Assembly: GCA_002269645.1 (NCBI GenBank)
Contig: NIVC01000027.1
Location: 806,001 to 870,000 of the forward strand
DNA: 64,000 nt
DNA from: Macrostomum lignano
Taxonomy: Eukaryota
Direction of reading: 5' to 3'
In this document: piece by piece, positions 50,530-62,699 of the stretch
Numbering within the stretch: the stretch's first letter is position 1
Layout of the letters: each line of letters starts with the position of its first letter
Position numbers and translations under genes: made by a program
Notes under the pieces: model-generated
Database searches by the model: none
The model's input: the letters and a program-made list of their open reading frames with translations, nothing else
Told to the model about the DNA's origin: nothing

Positions 50530-50600
50530 CGATATCAACAATATCAACAATATCAACGACGACGCCACAACAACAGTAGCAGCGACAATAACTAAATCAA
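50452..50600. repeat. (CAA/AAC)-rich microsatellite
   Basis: Direct reading. Confidence 0.85.
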
Positions 50601-51359
50601 CAAGCGCCGTATTTGTATGAAATTTTTGCTACTCTAACTCTTTCCCTCTCCTTTCCGCTCCCTCGTCTTTTGTTTCAAGGGCTCTTTCCTTGTTTTAAGC
50701 AGACTCATGTTTCATGTAAAGTAAATTAAGTACTTTTTAATTCTCTGAAACGCAAAAATCCAAAAATTCAATGGTTTTTTGATAATTGGTTTCTAAACAC
50801 CAATTCGATACACTTATATTTTACCATAAATTTCTGTCATAGATTGCGCCATAAAAACTGTTCTAATTGTTACTCCAGTCAAACTTGTGCTCTGTACACA
50901 AATAAGAGTAATCAGATTTTGAACAATTTTTATGCCCATTGGCGGGATGCTCTTTTTGTCTATGGCTTTGACCGGGTCATTGTGCCCTGAAATTGTATGA
51001 GAGTTGCATCACGCTTTATAAGAAATAATTAAGCATGGTTTTCCGGGCACTCTTTATATTTATCCCTTATCCTATACAATTTTGCGACATACAGTATTGG
51101 CCCAGGTGCTCGTAGTATATATTGCAAGTATGTGCCTAATAATAGATTCATCTTTATTGCCTTATTTAGATTACTAGTACTTATTTAGATTACTAGGAGT
51201 TTTTCAACTAGATAATTAAATATAAATATATAGTGAAGCCTATTCTCGGCGCATTCGAAATCGTGTGTTGAATTTTCATTAAGTTTGACAGGCTCAGCAG
51301 AGGATAGAGCAGTGGTGAGAGGAGAGAGCGGTGTCAGTGTAGGTAACTAAAAGGGTAGA

Positions 51360-51610
51360 GGGACAACTGGAAGGGCAGAGGGGAGAACTGGAAGGGCAGA
51401 AGGGGAGAACTGGAAGGGCAGAGGGGGAGAACTGGAAGGGCAGAGGGGGAGAACTGGAAGGGCAGAGGGGGAGAACTGGAAGGGCAGAGGGGGAGAACTG
51501 GAAGGGCAGAGGGGGAGAACTGGAAGGGCAGAGGGGGAGAACTGGAAGGGCAGAGGGGGAGAACTGGAAGGGCAGAGGGGGAGAACTGGAAGGGCAGAGG
51601 GGGAGAAATG
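51360..51610. repeat. 22-bp purine-rich minisatellite GAGGGGGAGAACTGGAAGGGCA (~11 copies)
   Basis: Direct reading. Confidence 0.95.
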
Positions 51611-53761
51611 GAACTGGAACGTCCAGGCTGATCCTAGCCGGAACCCCAAACTCCATCGACTCCCGTTCCCCATCATCAGCAGTCCCGTGTCTCCTCAGCA
51701 TCCGCAGCTGATCAGCCGGAAGTTAGTTTGGAAGCAGAATCGCTGAGATCGGTTCTGGAAGCTGCCGGCGGCCGTACGGAGGAAAAACATCGACCCAGAC
51801 AGTCGACCGGAACGACCAACGCAGAGTTCCGTCATGCGGCGCCGGTCGGAAACTCAAATAGGCGGGCCTGGATGTCCATGCTTTACACGAACTCCTGCTT
51901 GCGGCAGCTGTGCCAGCCGGGGTCCGCAGTCACCAGTACCGGGATGCTCAGTTCCCACACGGAGATCACGCACTCATAGTGAGGCTCCTCGAGATGATGC
52001 AGCCTCTGCTTTCGTTCTTTGAGTTCCAGCTGGTTCCGATAGTTTTTGTGGGAACTCTTGATGCAATTCTTGTCGGATTTGCTCGCATTTCTGCTCCAAG
52101 TGAGCGATCTGGTTTTAAGGCTACGCAGTCTTTCGTTCATCAGACACAGGTGCTCATGCCTGGCGTCTGAGGACTCGTAGCGCCGAGTCTCTTTAACCTC
52201 GTAGAAGTCACACCGGCAACTCCCCCCCTGGCGGCGTCTGAGCGGACGTTATTGAATTCGAGAAATTTTAGATCAGTTGCTCGGCTGCATGTATACACTA
52301 AATGTCCCAGCGAATTTCTGCTAGCGAAGGGGCAACATAGTTTATATTAATAGCTGAAGAGCCGAGAGGAACTTCTTTATATTTTGGAGTTCGAAGAAAT
52401 TCAATAGTTGATCCGATGCGTTAATAGTGCATAAATATTTTAAGAGTACTTAAAGTGAGTCAAGCATCCGTGAGTCACGCACTCGAGTCCGGGATCAAAC
52501 ATATGCATATGCAAACATAGGCACACAGTTTGCTGTATTTAAAAATGCAGCTGTTTACCCTAAAACCCACAGTTAAACATTCTCCCCTGATTTCTGTATC
52601 CGTTTAGATTAGGCAATTCAATGCCGATGATATCATGACAGTCGCTAAAACATTTTGGAGCACAGAGAAAGCGATGCTTGAGGACTTTACCTTGTGACTA
52701 AAGACATGAGTTGTTAGAAAAAAAGTTCATTTGCCCCGCAATAAATCTAATGGCTGATTTACAAAGCGACCCATACTTGCCGTGAGGAGTGAGCCTCGGA
52801 ATTATTGAAGTGTTTTTAAAGGCCACTAAAGTAGCTTTGTGTCTTTACCTTCACCCTACAGTATCCTGCTCATATCACTTGGCTAGAGTGAACTCTGCCT
52901 GTCAGTTCGGGTGGCGGGCGGTAGAGCAGCTTCAATCCGTTCAAAGGCGCTCTCTTGGACGCGTTGGTGCAGCTGCAAGGATGCAAGGCGGTTCATTCAG
53001 CTTCAGTGGTTGGATGGCGTAAGCCAGAGCAGCATCGGAAGGTTTACTAGAGGCAGCCTAAATATGATTGTCAAAAAACTGCAATTCAAAATTTCCAACT
53101 CAAAAATTACTACTACGTCGCTTTTTCTCCATGTAAATTTTAACGCTTCTACCACTCCCTCGCTAGCATCCTAGCATTTTCTTTAATTTTGATTGCTTCT
53201 CCTGGTGCTGGATTCCCGTCGTGTTGACCATGATTTTACTTTCGGTTGGTGGCTTCGACATGAACTCTGTGCGTTGTTAAATAATAATGGCTTCTTGTTG
53301 CCAACTATGATTGTCTCATTCTTGTCTTCTGCACAAAAGTACAATAGAAATACATTTTAATGTTGAACAGCTATACGCATAGATACATGTACTCGTAAAT
53401 CATAGATATAGACTGTACTGACTGTAGAAACTCGTATGACACCCGAAAATCTCTGGAAACAAAGCATCGAAGATCCAGTTGGCTATAACTCATTTGTGGA
53501 ATGGTACACACACCTGTCACCGTCTTATTGATAACACACGCGTTTCTTTCTCCACTGAAACGACTGTTCAATTCTAATAAAATTCAAACGGATTGATACC
53601 TGCCCAATATATTCTGGTTTCTGCGTTAAAGAATATTTTAAATAGTTTCATTTTGTTCTTGAACTCGATTAGTAGCTCAAAAGAAGGTTTCTTGTAATCA
53701 TTCAAGCTTGGTGTGAGCTTGAAAGGTATCTGACAAGACGGGTGACAGAGCCGCGCACCTG

Positions 53762-54313
53762 GGGCAGATTTCATGAGAAAACTACAAGCGACAAGTGAGA
53801 ATTTGACAAGTGACAAGTGACAAATTTCAGTTATTTCTGTTTCATGAAACTTTTACAAAACGCTTGAAAATTTTCACTTGTCAGGATAGCGCTTGACAAA
53901 TTGTCACTTGTCAGGATAGCGCTTGACAAATTGTCACTTATCAGGATAGCGCTTGACAAATTGTCACTTGTCAGGATAGCGCTTGACAAATTGTCACTTA
54001 TCAGGATAGCGCTTGACAAATTGTCACTTGTCAGGATAGCGCTTGACAAATTGTCACTTATCAGGATAGCGCTTGACAAATTGTCACTTGTCAGGATAGC
54101 GCTTGACAAATTGTCACTTGTCAGGATAGCGCTTGACAAATTGTCACTTGTCAGGATAGCGCTTGACAAATTGTCACTTGTCAGGATAGCGCTTGACAAA
54201 TTGTCACTTATCAGGATAGCGCTTGACAAATTGTCACTTATCAGGATAGCGCTTGACAAATTGTCACTTGTCACTTGTAATTTGTCTGACAAGTGGCTTC
54301 ATGAAATCCACCC
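53762..54313. mobile_element. PIF/Harbinger-like MITE with internal 30-bp minisatellite, TSD CTG
   Basis: TIRs GGGCAGATTTCATGA / GGGTGGATTTCATGA; CTG on both flanks; inverted subterminal GACAAGT repeats; ~13 units of TTGTCAGGATAGCGCTTGACAAATTGTCAC. Confidence 0.8.
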
Positions 54314-56133
54314 CTGGCATCCCGGCGGTACCACCTATAGCTGCTAACACTGCGTCCAGTGACAGAACAAAGTTCTTGTATTAACGTGGTAAAAATATCA
54401 AGTTTTATGCGTATTATTTACACTGTACATAGTTTAATCTATTATAAGAGTTAGAAATCGGAATGGAAATTAGAGAGCCCCAGAGCAACTTGAGGATTAA
54501 AATAGCACAGGGAAGAGCAAACGGTCGCTAACATGAGTAATGAGCTCATCCCCCTATATCAGCCAGCCAGCCCGACCCGGAGGTAACCGCCCAGAACCGG
54601 ATCGGAGGGCAGGCCCGCGGAGAACAACCTAGAGAGCCTGGACACTCCGTGAAAATAAACAAAATGTAACTGCTTGATGGTAAGACACTGAGAGTACTGT
54701 GTAGGACAGATGCCTCCACAGTCTCCTCCTTAGAAGGGGGAGAACCGCATCTAATTCAACGAATGGGAAAAAATCCTCACTCTGCCACCGTTGTGAAGGC
54801 GCTTCTCTCCGCTTCGAAGTAGAAATGTTTTGAAAATATTATAAACGGAGCGAAGCGCTTAATCTGCTCTCTTGGGTGAGGAGTCGTTGGAATACTTCTT
54901 TGTCTTTTCTATCTTGGCTCAGGATCCCTTAAGACTTGGCTTTGTTCTACAATATAATTTCGCTAAAGTAATCGATAGAGTCAGGACTCTTTTAGGCCTT
55001 TGAGAGTCCAATCTGACTGCACACCTGGCACGAGAGTTACTGAGAATGATGGAAGACAATACCACTAGACCCTACCTCCTTAAAATCCATGCTCAAACAA
55101 GGCACCCAAACAAAGATGATATTAATGATCTTGTTCACTCTCGCCTAATTTGTTAATTAGTATCAGCATGACCTCCAGGCCCGAGTTGATCTTTTTGACC
55201 CACTGAGTCGCCGATAAAGAATAGCCAGTTATCAGTGATGGACCCATGACTTTTGTTTAGGTTAGGTAAAAAAGCCGATTAGGGTCCACGACAATGCCGC
55301 ATATGCCTGAGACCAATAAGGCAGTTTGAGAAAATAGCAGACCTCAGTGATAGCTCAAATTCGTATATTTAGGGATACAAAGTTGACGAGAAAATGTCTA
55401 GAACTGTGTGGAAAGGACTAAATAGAAAATAATCATTATGAATGACACATATGAATGAATGATTATGAAATATGCAAGTAATTCAATATCTCAGAGGGAA
55501 TTTAGAGTAAGACACCTGAAAACCTCGACACGCCGAAAGCAAATACGGTAGTTAATTGTTGATGGTTCGGTGATGCTGTCAGGCTGACTTTATTGACACA
55601 CGGAAAGAATGATGTGCGGTAAGAGTACAATCATCAGGTTGATAGCCATCATTAAGGCCAGCGACTCAAGGGCAAACTGGATGGAGTCCTCAGCTGCAGC
55701 AAGGCGCAGGAACTCACACAGAATAGAAGTTTAAGAAGCTGACCCACACTTGGGTGTCTACGGAATCTGTAACTAATTAGTGAATTACCATTTGTCATCG
55801 TGCGAATATAAAATGGAATGGAAAATAAATTTGTACAAAAAAGCCTAAATAGCAGTCACTGGATCAACAATAGTAATCAAATTTTTATCAAGAATATAAT
55901 CTAGACAGGGGTTAAACAGACAGGTCTGATTGACTAGACTTATAAAAAGGCTGAAACTGAAAATTGGCAGCAAAGTAAAGGAAGTTAAGGAGAAGAAAAA
56001 AGCAAACAGACGGAACTCGGGACAGAAGGATATCCAACAGGTGATCGCGCGAAAAAAGAAATCTGAAAAATAATATATTTGCAGCACACGCAAAACTGCA
56101 TGCCTTAACTGGGTCGATGTAGTTAAAAAGAAT

Positions 56134-58285
56134 TCAGGTGAGCATGAGCATCTCCAGCTGCTTGAAGCTGTAGTACCATCCATCGGTGATGTTCTTGGGA
56201 GCATTGCAAGCCCAGACGATGCCCTTGGCTCGGTCTGCAACTGGTACATTCAGCGCCGTCGGGTAGTTGAAGTACTTGCCGAACAGACCGGAGTCGTGGC
56301 AGCAACCGTGCCAGTGAGGCTGCTCGTATTGAACTGCACAGCTTTGTATGCAGTTGCTCGATCCGCGATCGCGGGTGACGAACTGCCTGTTCGACTCTTT
56401 AACCAGACAGTCTTCGAGGCCACCAGCAGCTGCGAATGTAAAGTTAGACAGCATGTAGTTGGTGCTCTCGGCCAGAATGAGCACGTTCAGGTAGTAGGCG
56501 TAGATGTAGGTGTCGTTCCAATACAGCAGGTCGACGCGGAACCGGTTGTTGTTGGGCTGAGCGCTGGTCCGGTTGTGCAGCCACTCGAGGCCTGGCGTTA
56601 CGAGATTTGCATTTAAAAGAAATTTTTTCATCACTTATAAATAAGCGGGCTAGCTATTTTGCTTGCTATTAACACCCAAGCAAAGGCACAGCCAGCGCGC
56701 AGCAAAAGAAATTGTTCAAGCCATGCAATTGTTTGATCTTAATGTCCTAACCAGTAGTGTGGTGGGGCATGACTATACATAGCCTGAGGGGCTGTTTTGC
56801 TTTGATTGAAAGAACCCTTGCTTTCAGCCGAGGTTGCAAATTTGGAAACCGAGGACGACTCGAGTATCGTTTATGAAGTCTTCTTAAGTAGTCTTTGATG
56901 GGAACTGGTAAGAAAGAAATAGTATAAAAAGAGGATTACTGCTAGTACTTAAACAGTAGTTAGTAGTTACTGGTAGTAGCTGTCGCTCACGCTTTGTTAA
57001 CATCTCGGCTCTATCTACGGCGTTTGCGTAACTGTATCCTCGAGCAAAGGAGCCTCGGGAGACTAGTAGACTGGTGTTAGCAAGGTCTACTAAAAAGACT
57101 GCAACTTGCATTTGGCTTGGCCCGCCCAGACCCGATGGCGGAACTCAGGCAGGGTACAGCAAGCAGCCACCGAAATCCATTTATTAATGGAGACAGCGAA
57201 CAGCTGAACACATCTTCCCGGCCTAGGAGCACTGAATTCCCTATGGGTCCCACTAGAAGGGTAACAACTTCCGGGGCTCCTGCCTCACGGGTGGCACTTT
57301 CGGATACCAAGCTCCTGGAGCATTAAGACTCCCAGGATCACTTTATACTGACTCCATACAAGTAAGCCACCTAGAGCAGAGACGGCTCAACTAACGTCAG
57401 CGCGCTTATCTTCCAAAATGTAGGCAATTCGAGCAACTCCTATAAGAGGCCATCTGGTCGAATAAAACGACACACTCCACACAAAAAGTTAAGATGTCAG
57501 AATTCATCGTAACTAGTGGCTCCCCCAGCAGTCTCGCCTGTTGAACTATAAAATGTATTCATTAAATTTGCCTTTCAACAACCTCTCGCCAATTTCGCAT
57601 GTAACATTTGATTATACGAGTACGCGTTAATTCGATGCGTTAAGTAGTCTTAAGGTCCAGACTAAAAGCGAATCTACCAGTAAACTAGTAGCTAATTTTC
57701 AAGAGAATAATAAAACAGGTAAATCCTCTAAGACCACAAGTAAAAAACATTAGATATAGATCAACAGGCCGCGATTTCAGCAGTAATGATCTGCAGCAAT
57801 ACCGATTTGCATTTTGTCTCACCAACAAAGTAGTTGCTATGATAAGTGCCGAAGCCGGTCTTGTACTCGGCCCAGAGCCGGTCGAAGCTCAGCGCGTCCG
57901 ACACTCGCAGGTTGACGGTCTCGAAGCACTGCTGAGTGGCCACAGTGTGGAACTCCTGCGTTTGAAAGTTTGATGTGCAATTATGAGAAATGCCTATTGT
58001 GATAGCACCTGTCGAGAATCGCTTTCTTAACACTCACATAGACGGCCAGCTCAGAGCTGCCCGGAGGCTGCTCAAACCAGCGGCACAGCGGGTAGTCGGT
58101 GAGCAGAGAGCAGTTGCTGGAGTTGAACACAATCCCGCGACAGGCCGGCACCTCGCTGCACTTGTCAACGCAGCCAACGAGCGATGAGACAGCTGGCTGG
58201 TGTAGAAGAAATTCAGCGAAGATCTTCACCGAGTTGTTGGGAATGTGGACCCGCTTGTGAGTCACGTTTCTAGAAGCTAGGTACT
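56134..58285 (-). CDS. PAN/apple-like + fibrinogen-related domain protein (exons 58285-58038, 57955-57823, 56591-56134; 5' exon not located)
   Basis: FReD motifs SFDRLWAEYKTGFG...G-LEWLH...FRVDL..YAYY...FVTRDR..CA...WH..C...LFGKY...W...YSFK..EM; N-terminal CVDKC..PAC..IVF...C; splice phases consistent. Confidence 0.82.
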
Positions 58286-58856
58286 CTGTGGAATGAATGA
58301 TAGATTAGTTTCTATGCTTCAATTCATTTGCGTTTAGAAGCTGCTAGAGACAGATATAGTTTGAAATTGGTCGCCGCTTTCAGAGGCTCGATGGAGCTAA
58401 GCGGCGAGTTTTAGTGCGGACTTGTGGATTCTTTACGAGTATTTAGTCATTTTGTTAGCCTATTTCATCCATCCCAAAGTCGCGTCAGTTCTAATGGGCG
58501 TGTTATCTCTCGCATACTGGAAGCACTGGAATGAATCTCGAACCTGTTGTGGTGTGCCTTTTTGGAACTCAGCTTGCACTTAATTGGCTCCTAATGGCCT
58601 GGTGACATTTCTTTTTATATGAAATCCGAATTACGAGCTACTTATTTTTGTAGCTTTCTCTTGAGCCGGGCCGAATGCGGTGCAGCCAGTCGGCAAAGAC
58701 CCGACTGGGGGTGTCGGGGCGAAGTCCCGACTGGGGGTGTGGGGGCGAAGCCCCCAGATTGGAACCATAGACAAATTTTCCATAAATTTAAGACAGTACT
58801 AGCTAGACGAAATCCGAATTACTTTCTTTCGTAGCTTTCTCTTGAACCACACCGCG

Positions 58857-59380
58857 ATGGAAGAAGAATTTGATAGCGACAACTTTTATAATTTTTTTTA
58901 TCCAGCCCCTGCTGGAAATGTAGTTCCGCCGCCCCTCGGAAACGCTAAAACACTGCCGACCAAACCTAGCTCTCGTTTCGGTGAGTTGCTTGATGAGACC
59001 GCTTTGGAGCGCAGAATGCTAGAGAGCTTACCTGAGTCTACACTAGCAAGAGAAAAGTGGGCGATGAATGTGTTCCGGACGTGGAAGGAGAATCGTGTCC
59101 AACTGCAAATGCAAGGCCGTCTGTCAGGACTCGCGGTGATTAAGCCTGTCGAAGAGCTTACAAAGAATGAGATCAATGAACTGTTGCACTTCTTCGTTTT
59201 TGAGGTGAGGAAGGAGAATGGCGAAAAATATCCGCCGGGAACTCTGAAAAACTTGGTATCGATGATCCAACACTTTTACGTGAGCCTGTCGCTTCTGGAG
59301 ATTCCAGCGCTTCTATTACTGACCACGGTGTCAAGTCTATCATCATTGATGGAGCTAAAATCGAAATTCAGTTTAAGTGA
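58857..59380 (+). pseudogene. CryptonA/DUF3504-like tyrosine-recombinase element, internally deleted
   Basis: SRF...LPESTLAREKWAMNVFRTW...LLHFFVFEVRKENGEKYPPGTLKNL..IQ motif; homology stops near 59280; catalytic R-H-R-Y region not seen. Confidence 0.72.
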
Positions 59381-60247
59381 GTTTGTGAAACGTTTAATGC
59401 ATTGCCTATTATTGAAAAAAAACGTAATATGTTTCCTATATAACCCTACCAATTGTCTATGCTTTGGCTAGAAAATTGTCTTTTTGTTGCTTCGTTATTG
59501 AAAAAAACTAAATATGTTTCCTATATAACCCTACCAATTGTCCATGGCTTGGCTAGAAAATTGTTTTTTTTGTTGCTTCGTTATACAGTATAAAATAACA
59601 GTTTTTTTGTTGCATCCAAGTACGCTGTCTAGTTCTGTTTAGTCTATGGTTCAAACTGCTTTCATTTAGGGACCATCAAATCATTTGATGGTCTCCATTT
59701 TGGAGCCCATCAAATTATTTGATGTGCCTGGAATTATAGCACTTTAAACCATAGACTAGGCTTTCCTGAGTCAGAATGAGCCCAAAAAATGTCAATAAAA
59801 TAAGTAATCGGATTTTATAACCCTATAATGCACATTAAACATCCATGATTATATATTTAATTTCCATTGAAGCAGCTTCCGATCTTTCTCAAGCCCCCAA
59901 CAGTGTATTGGTACACTCACGGCTCTAAGGTTGAACCCATAGATAAATATAACGTCTCTGCATCTCTGCTTGGCTTGGCTTGTCCACAGCAGAACTAGGC
60001 TCTGTATCGAACCTGGATGCGGTGCCCCGTGATGAGATGCCCCTATTGGACCTACGAACTATCGAAATACAACCCTTGTTCGCTCGAGGGCCTTCAAGTG
60101 ACCTTGCGGCAAGACTGGCTAAACAGTTTACCATGTCAAGTTGAAAGCTTAATTAGATCACAATGAGTTAATAAGCGATGGCCATTAAAAATCAAGTCAA
60201 GCCGTCTGCTTCACTGCTTGTTAGTTGGTACCTTGCATACGATATGA

Positions 60248-60766
60248 TCAGACTTCATTCGTCATTTTTGCAAACTCACCGAGTAGGCGGCCGCTGTCAG
60301 TGCCTCTGAGCACCTGCTGCTCAAAGTCGTCAGCTTTCCAGATCTTCACACCGGGCTCAAGCCGAATCTTCCTGGCAACAAAGCTGCTGTTGCTCAAGCC
60401 CGGCTCGCTTACAGTGTTGATGACGAGCATTTGGCATTCGAGGATTTCAGCTTCCTTGACGATTGCGACAGCGCAGGACGTTGCCCAGCACTTCCACAAG
60501 CAGAGAGCATTGGATTGAAGGCCCGTCTCGTTGAGCAGCTCGCTGCTCACGTAGTTGCCGATGCTGATGGAGCCACTGGTCAACTTATTATAGGTGCGAG
60601 CACTGGCGGTTCTGGGAGCAGAGGTGCCCACAGCTAAAAGGGGTGTTTATGAGTAGTGAGCGCGATTTCGAGTCTTCAAGGTGGCAGCATTCTATTCAGA
60701 CTCACCCGTGAGCAGCTGGCACAGAAGCAGCTGCAGCAGCTCGGACTGCTTGGTTGTCAGTTTCAT
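60248..60766 (-). CDS. Putative secreted PAN/apple-like domain protein (exons 60766-60706, 60633-~60248)
   Basis: Hydrophobic leader MKLTTKQSELLQLLLCQLLTA joined in phase (GTGAGT / TTTTAG) to an exon with LCLWKCWATSCAV...ECQML. Confidence 0.55.
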
Positions 60767-62699
60767 TGCAAGCAGGAGTTGCTAGGCAGATATTTGATTT
60801 TGCTAGTTGACTTTTCTGATAAGAGATATTCCGCGACACAGCTCTAGATGGGGGCTCTTAAATTATGGGATCCGCTGCCCCCTAAGTGTTGGGAAACAGA
60901 CGGTTGTCAAGGGACAAAACTCCCCACCCTCCTTTTTCTCTGTCCCACAGTTACTGGACACGGCTTTATCAGTGTCCGGAAGTGAGGCTTAGGAACCCCT
61001 ACTCAAGTTGAGTGGGGTTTGGGAGGCCATTAATATTGCATCTATTAAAAACAACAACCGTGCGCTGTGCAGTGATAGCTGCATTCCATATTGAATCCGC
61101 TTTTTAATTTCAACCATTGGGAGGTGGTGGCATCCACTCTGCTTACTTCGCTTACTCTCTGCTTCAGCTCAGGCCCGCAGCATGCAGCCAGGGGCAGGAG
61201 CAAGAGTGTACACCTGCATGATGCGGAGCGGCGTAAAACAACACAGAATCCAACCTCCAGGTCGCATCAATTTTGCAGCATATGCTTTAGCTAGTTATAT
61301 AGGAACTTTTTATCACTAACTATCGCATCCGTTATACTAGCAATTTTGTTTTAACTCAATATGGAAAAATGCTGCAGTTTTCAAACGTTTTCAAACTAAT
61401 AGATTAGCCGTTCTAAGAAACTCCCAGAGGCATAGACTGACGTTTTTTAAATATACTGGTATCAAGCACTCAGCAACAGTCAAAACCTCCACCCTAGACC
61501 CAGTGCTCCTGAGCATCATTAGAGTGCAGTGAGCTTAAGTCATTCTCTTAACCTATCTTTCTTCAGCTTGAGCTATAAGGCTTTAATAAATCATTGACAT
61601 GTTCATTTCTATATACATGTAAGGGTATAAGTAGTATATTTATGCGGATGCCATGTCGCTTGTCTCCTTAAACTCTTTATTAAGACTTGACTCGTACTAA
61701 ACATTGGGAGGACGAAATTCACTGCTAATTGGTTGTCTAACTGTTGTCAATCACACCAAGGAAATTAAAGAATGCATTTTAAAACCTCTAGTTAGAGAAA
61801 AAAGTTATCCATGAGTTCATGGCGTCCTCAGCACTAATATGATCTCTTATTGTTACTTTTACGCTCGTAATAATAAACTATACAGCATAATCAATGAGCT
61901 ACTCATTCTAGTAGTACAGTAAAAATCTGAGAAATATTTTTGGTTCACATATTTAGTATCACCGTCCGAGTCAGTGACACGGTGGCTACTGCGAGCTCAG
62001 ACCCACCTCATTCTGCATCATTTAGAGGTGCCAGCCTCCTCACTGCACAGGCTCTGAGCAGCTCATTGTGCCTCCGTACTGACCGCCTTCTGCTCTGCTA
62101 AACAAAAAAATTGACCTATTATCTCAGCTGCACCACTTTGGACTGCCCTTGTCTTGGGGAGGTTGCTTGCTTACTTTAAACTTGGGCCTGTTCCGTGGGC
62201 CTCCGTGTAAATTGTGTACCCCACCCCACTCCCTTGCGCCCTCTTTTTGTCCGCGCCCCCTCCGCTGCCTGCCGAGGGTCTTTCACCCCTTATTTTCAGG
62301 CTCAGCCTTGTCTGTGTGTAATTGCTCTGACTGCACCACTTCGGACTGCCTTTGGCTTGTGAAGGTTGCTTAGTAACTCTTCAGAGCACCGCTCACTGCA
62401 CTCTCCTCTTACGTGATGGAGAAGTACACTTGATAGGCTGCTCACCTGCTAAAGCTGCTCAGCAATGAAATCAACTGATTCCCCATCCAGCATCCACTCT
62501 GCCTGCAGCCTCTGCATTTTCCAGCTCAGGTTCCATTAGCCACCAGCTCGGTGCCTGTCCAGGACAGTGCGGGACTCACATATGGGCTGATTTTGGATTC
62601 CACACAGTTTATCTGTGCACTGCGGCTGCCTGTCTTATTTATTGCTTTTTGCATTCGGTGACCGGCACTTCAACATTTCACTGCTGAGATTGTCAACTC

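Noticed and set aside
51620-52600. Degenerate LTR retroelement on the minus strand (PPT-like AGGGGAGAA before TGTTTA at ~52582, gag-like coiled coil)
   Set aside because: LTR end, PBS and TSD could not be established; ORF has no diagnostic motif
53371-53760. C-type-lectin-like remnant (YWAGIN...SFQW)
   Set aside because: Interrupted by a stop and the MITE; too few conserved residues
54500-55760. DIRS-like RNase H / tyrosine-recombinase traces
   Set aside because: Only short scattered resemblances in broken frames
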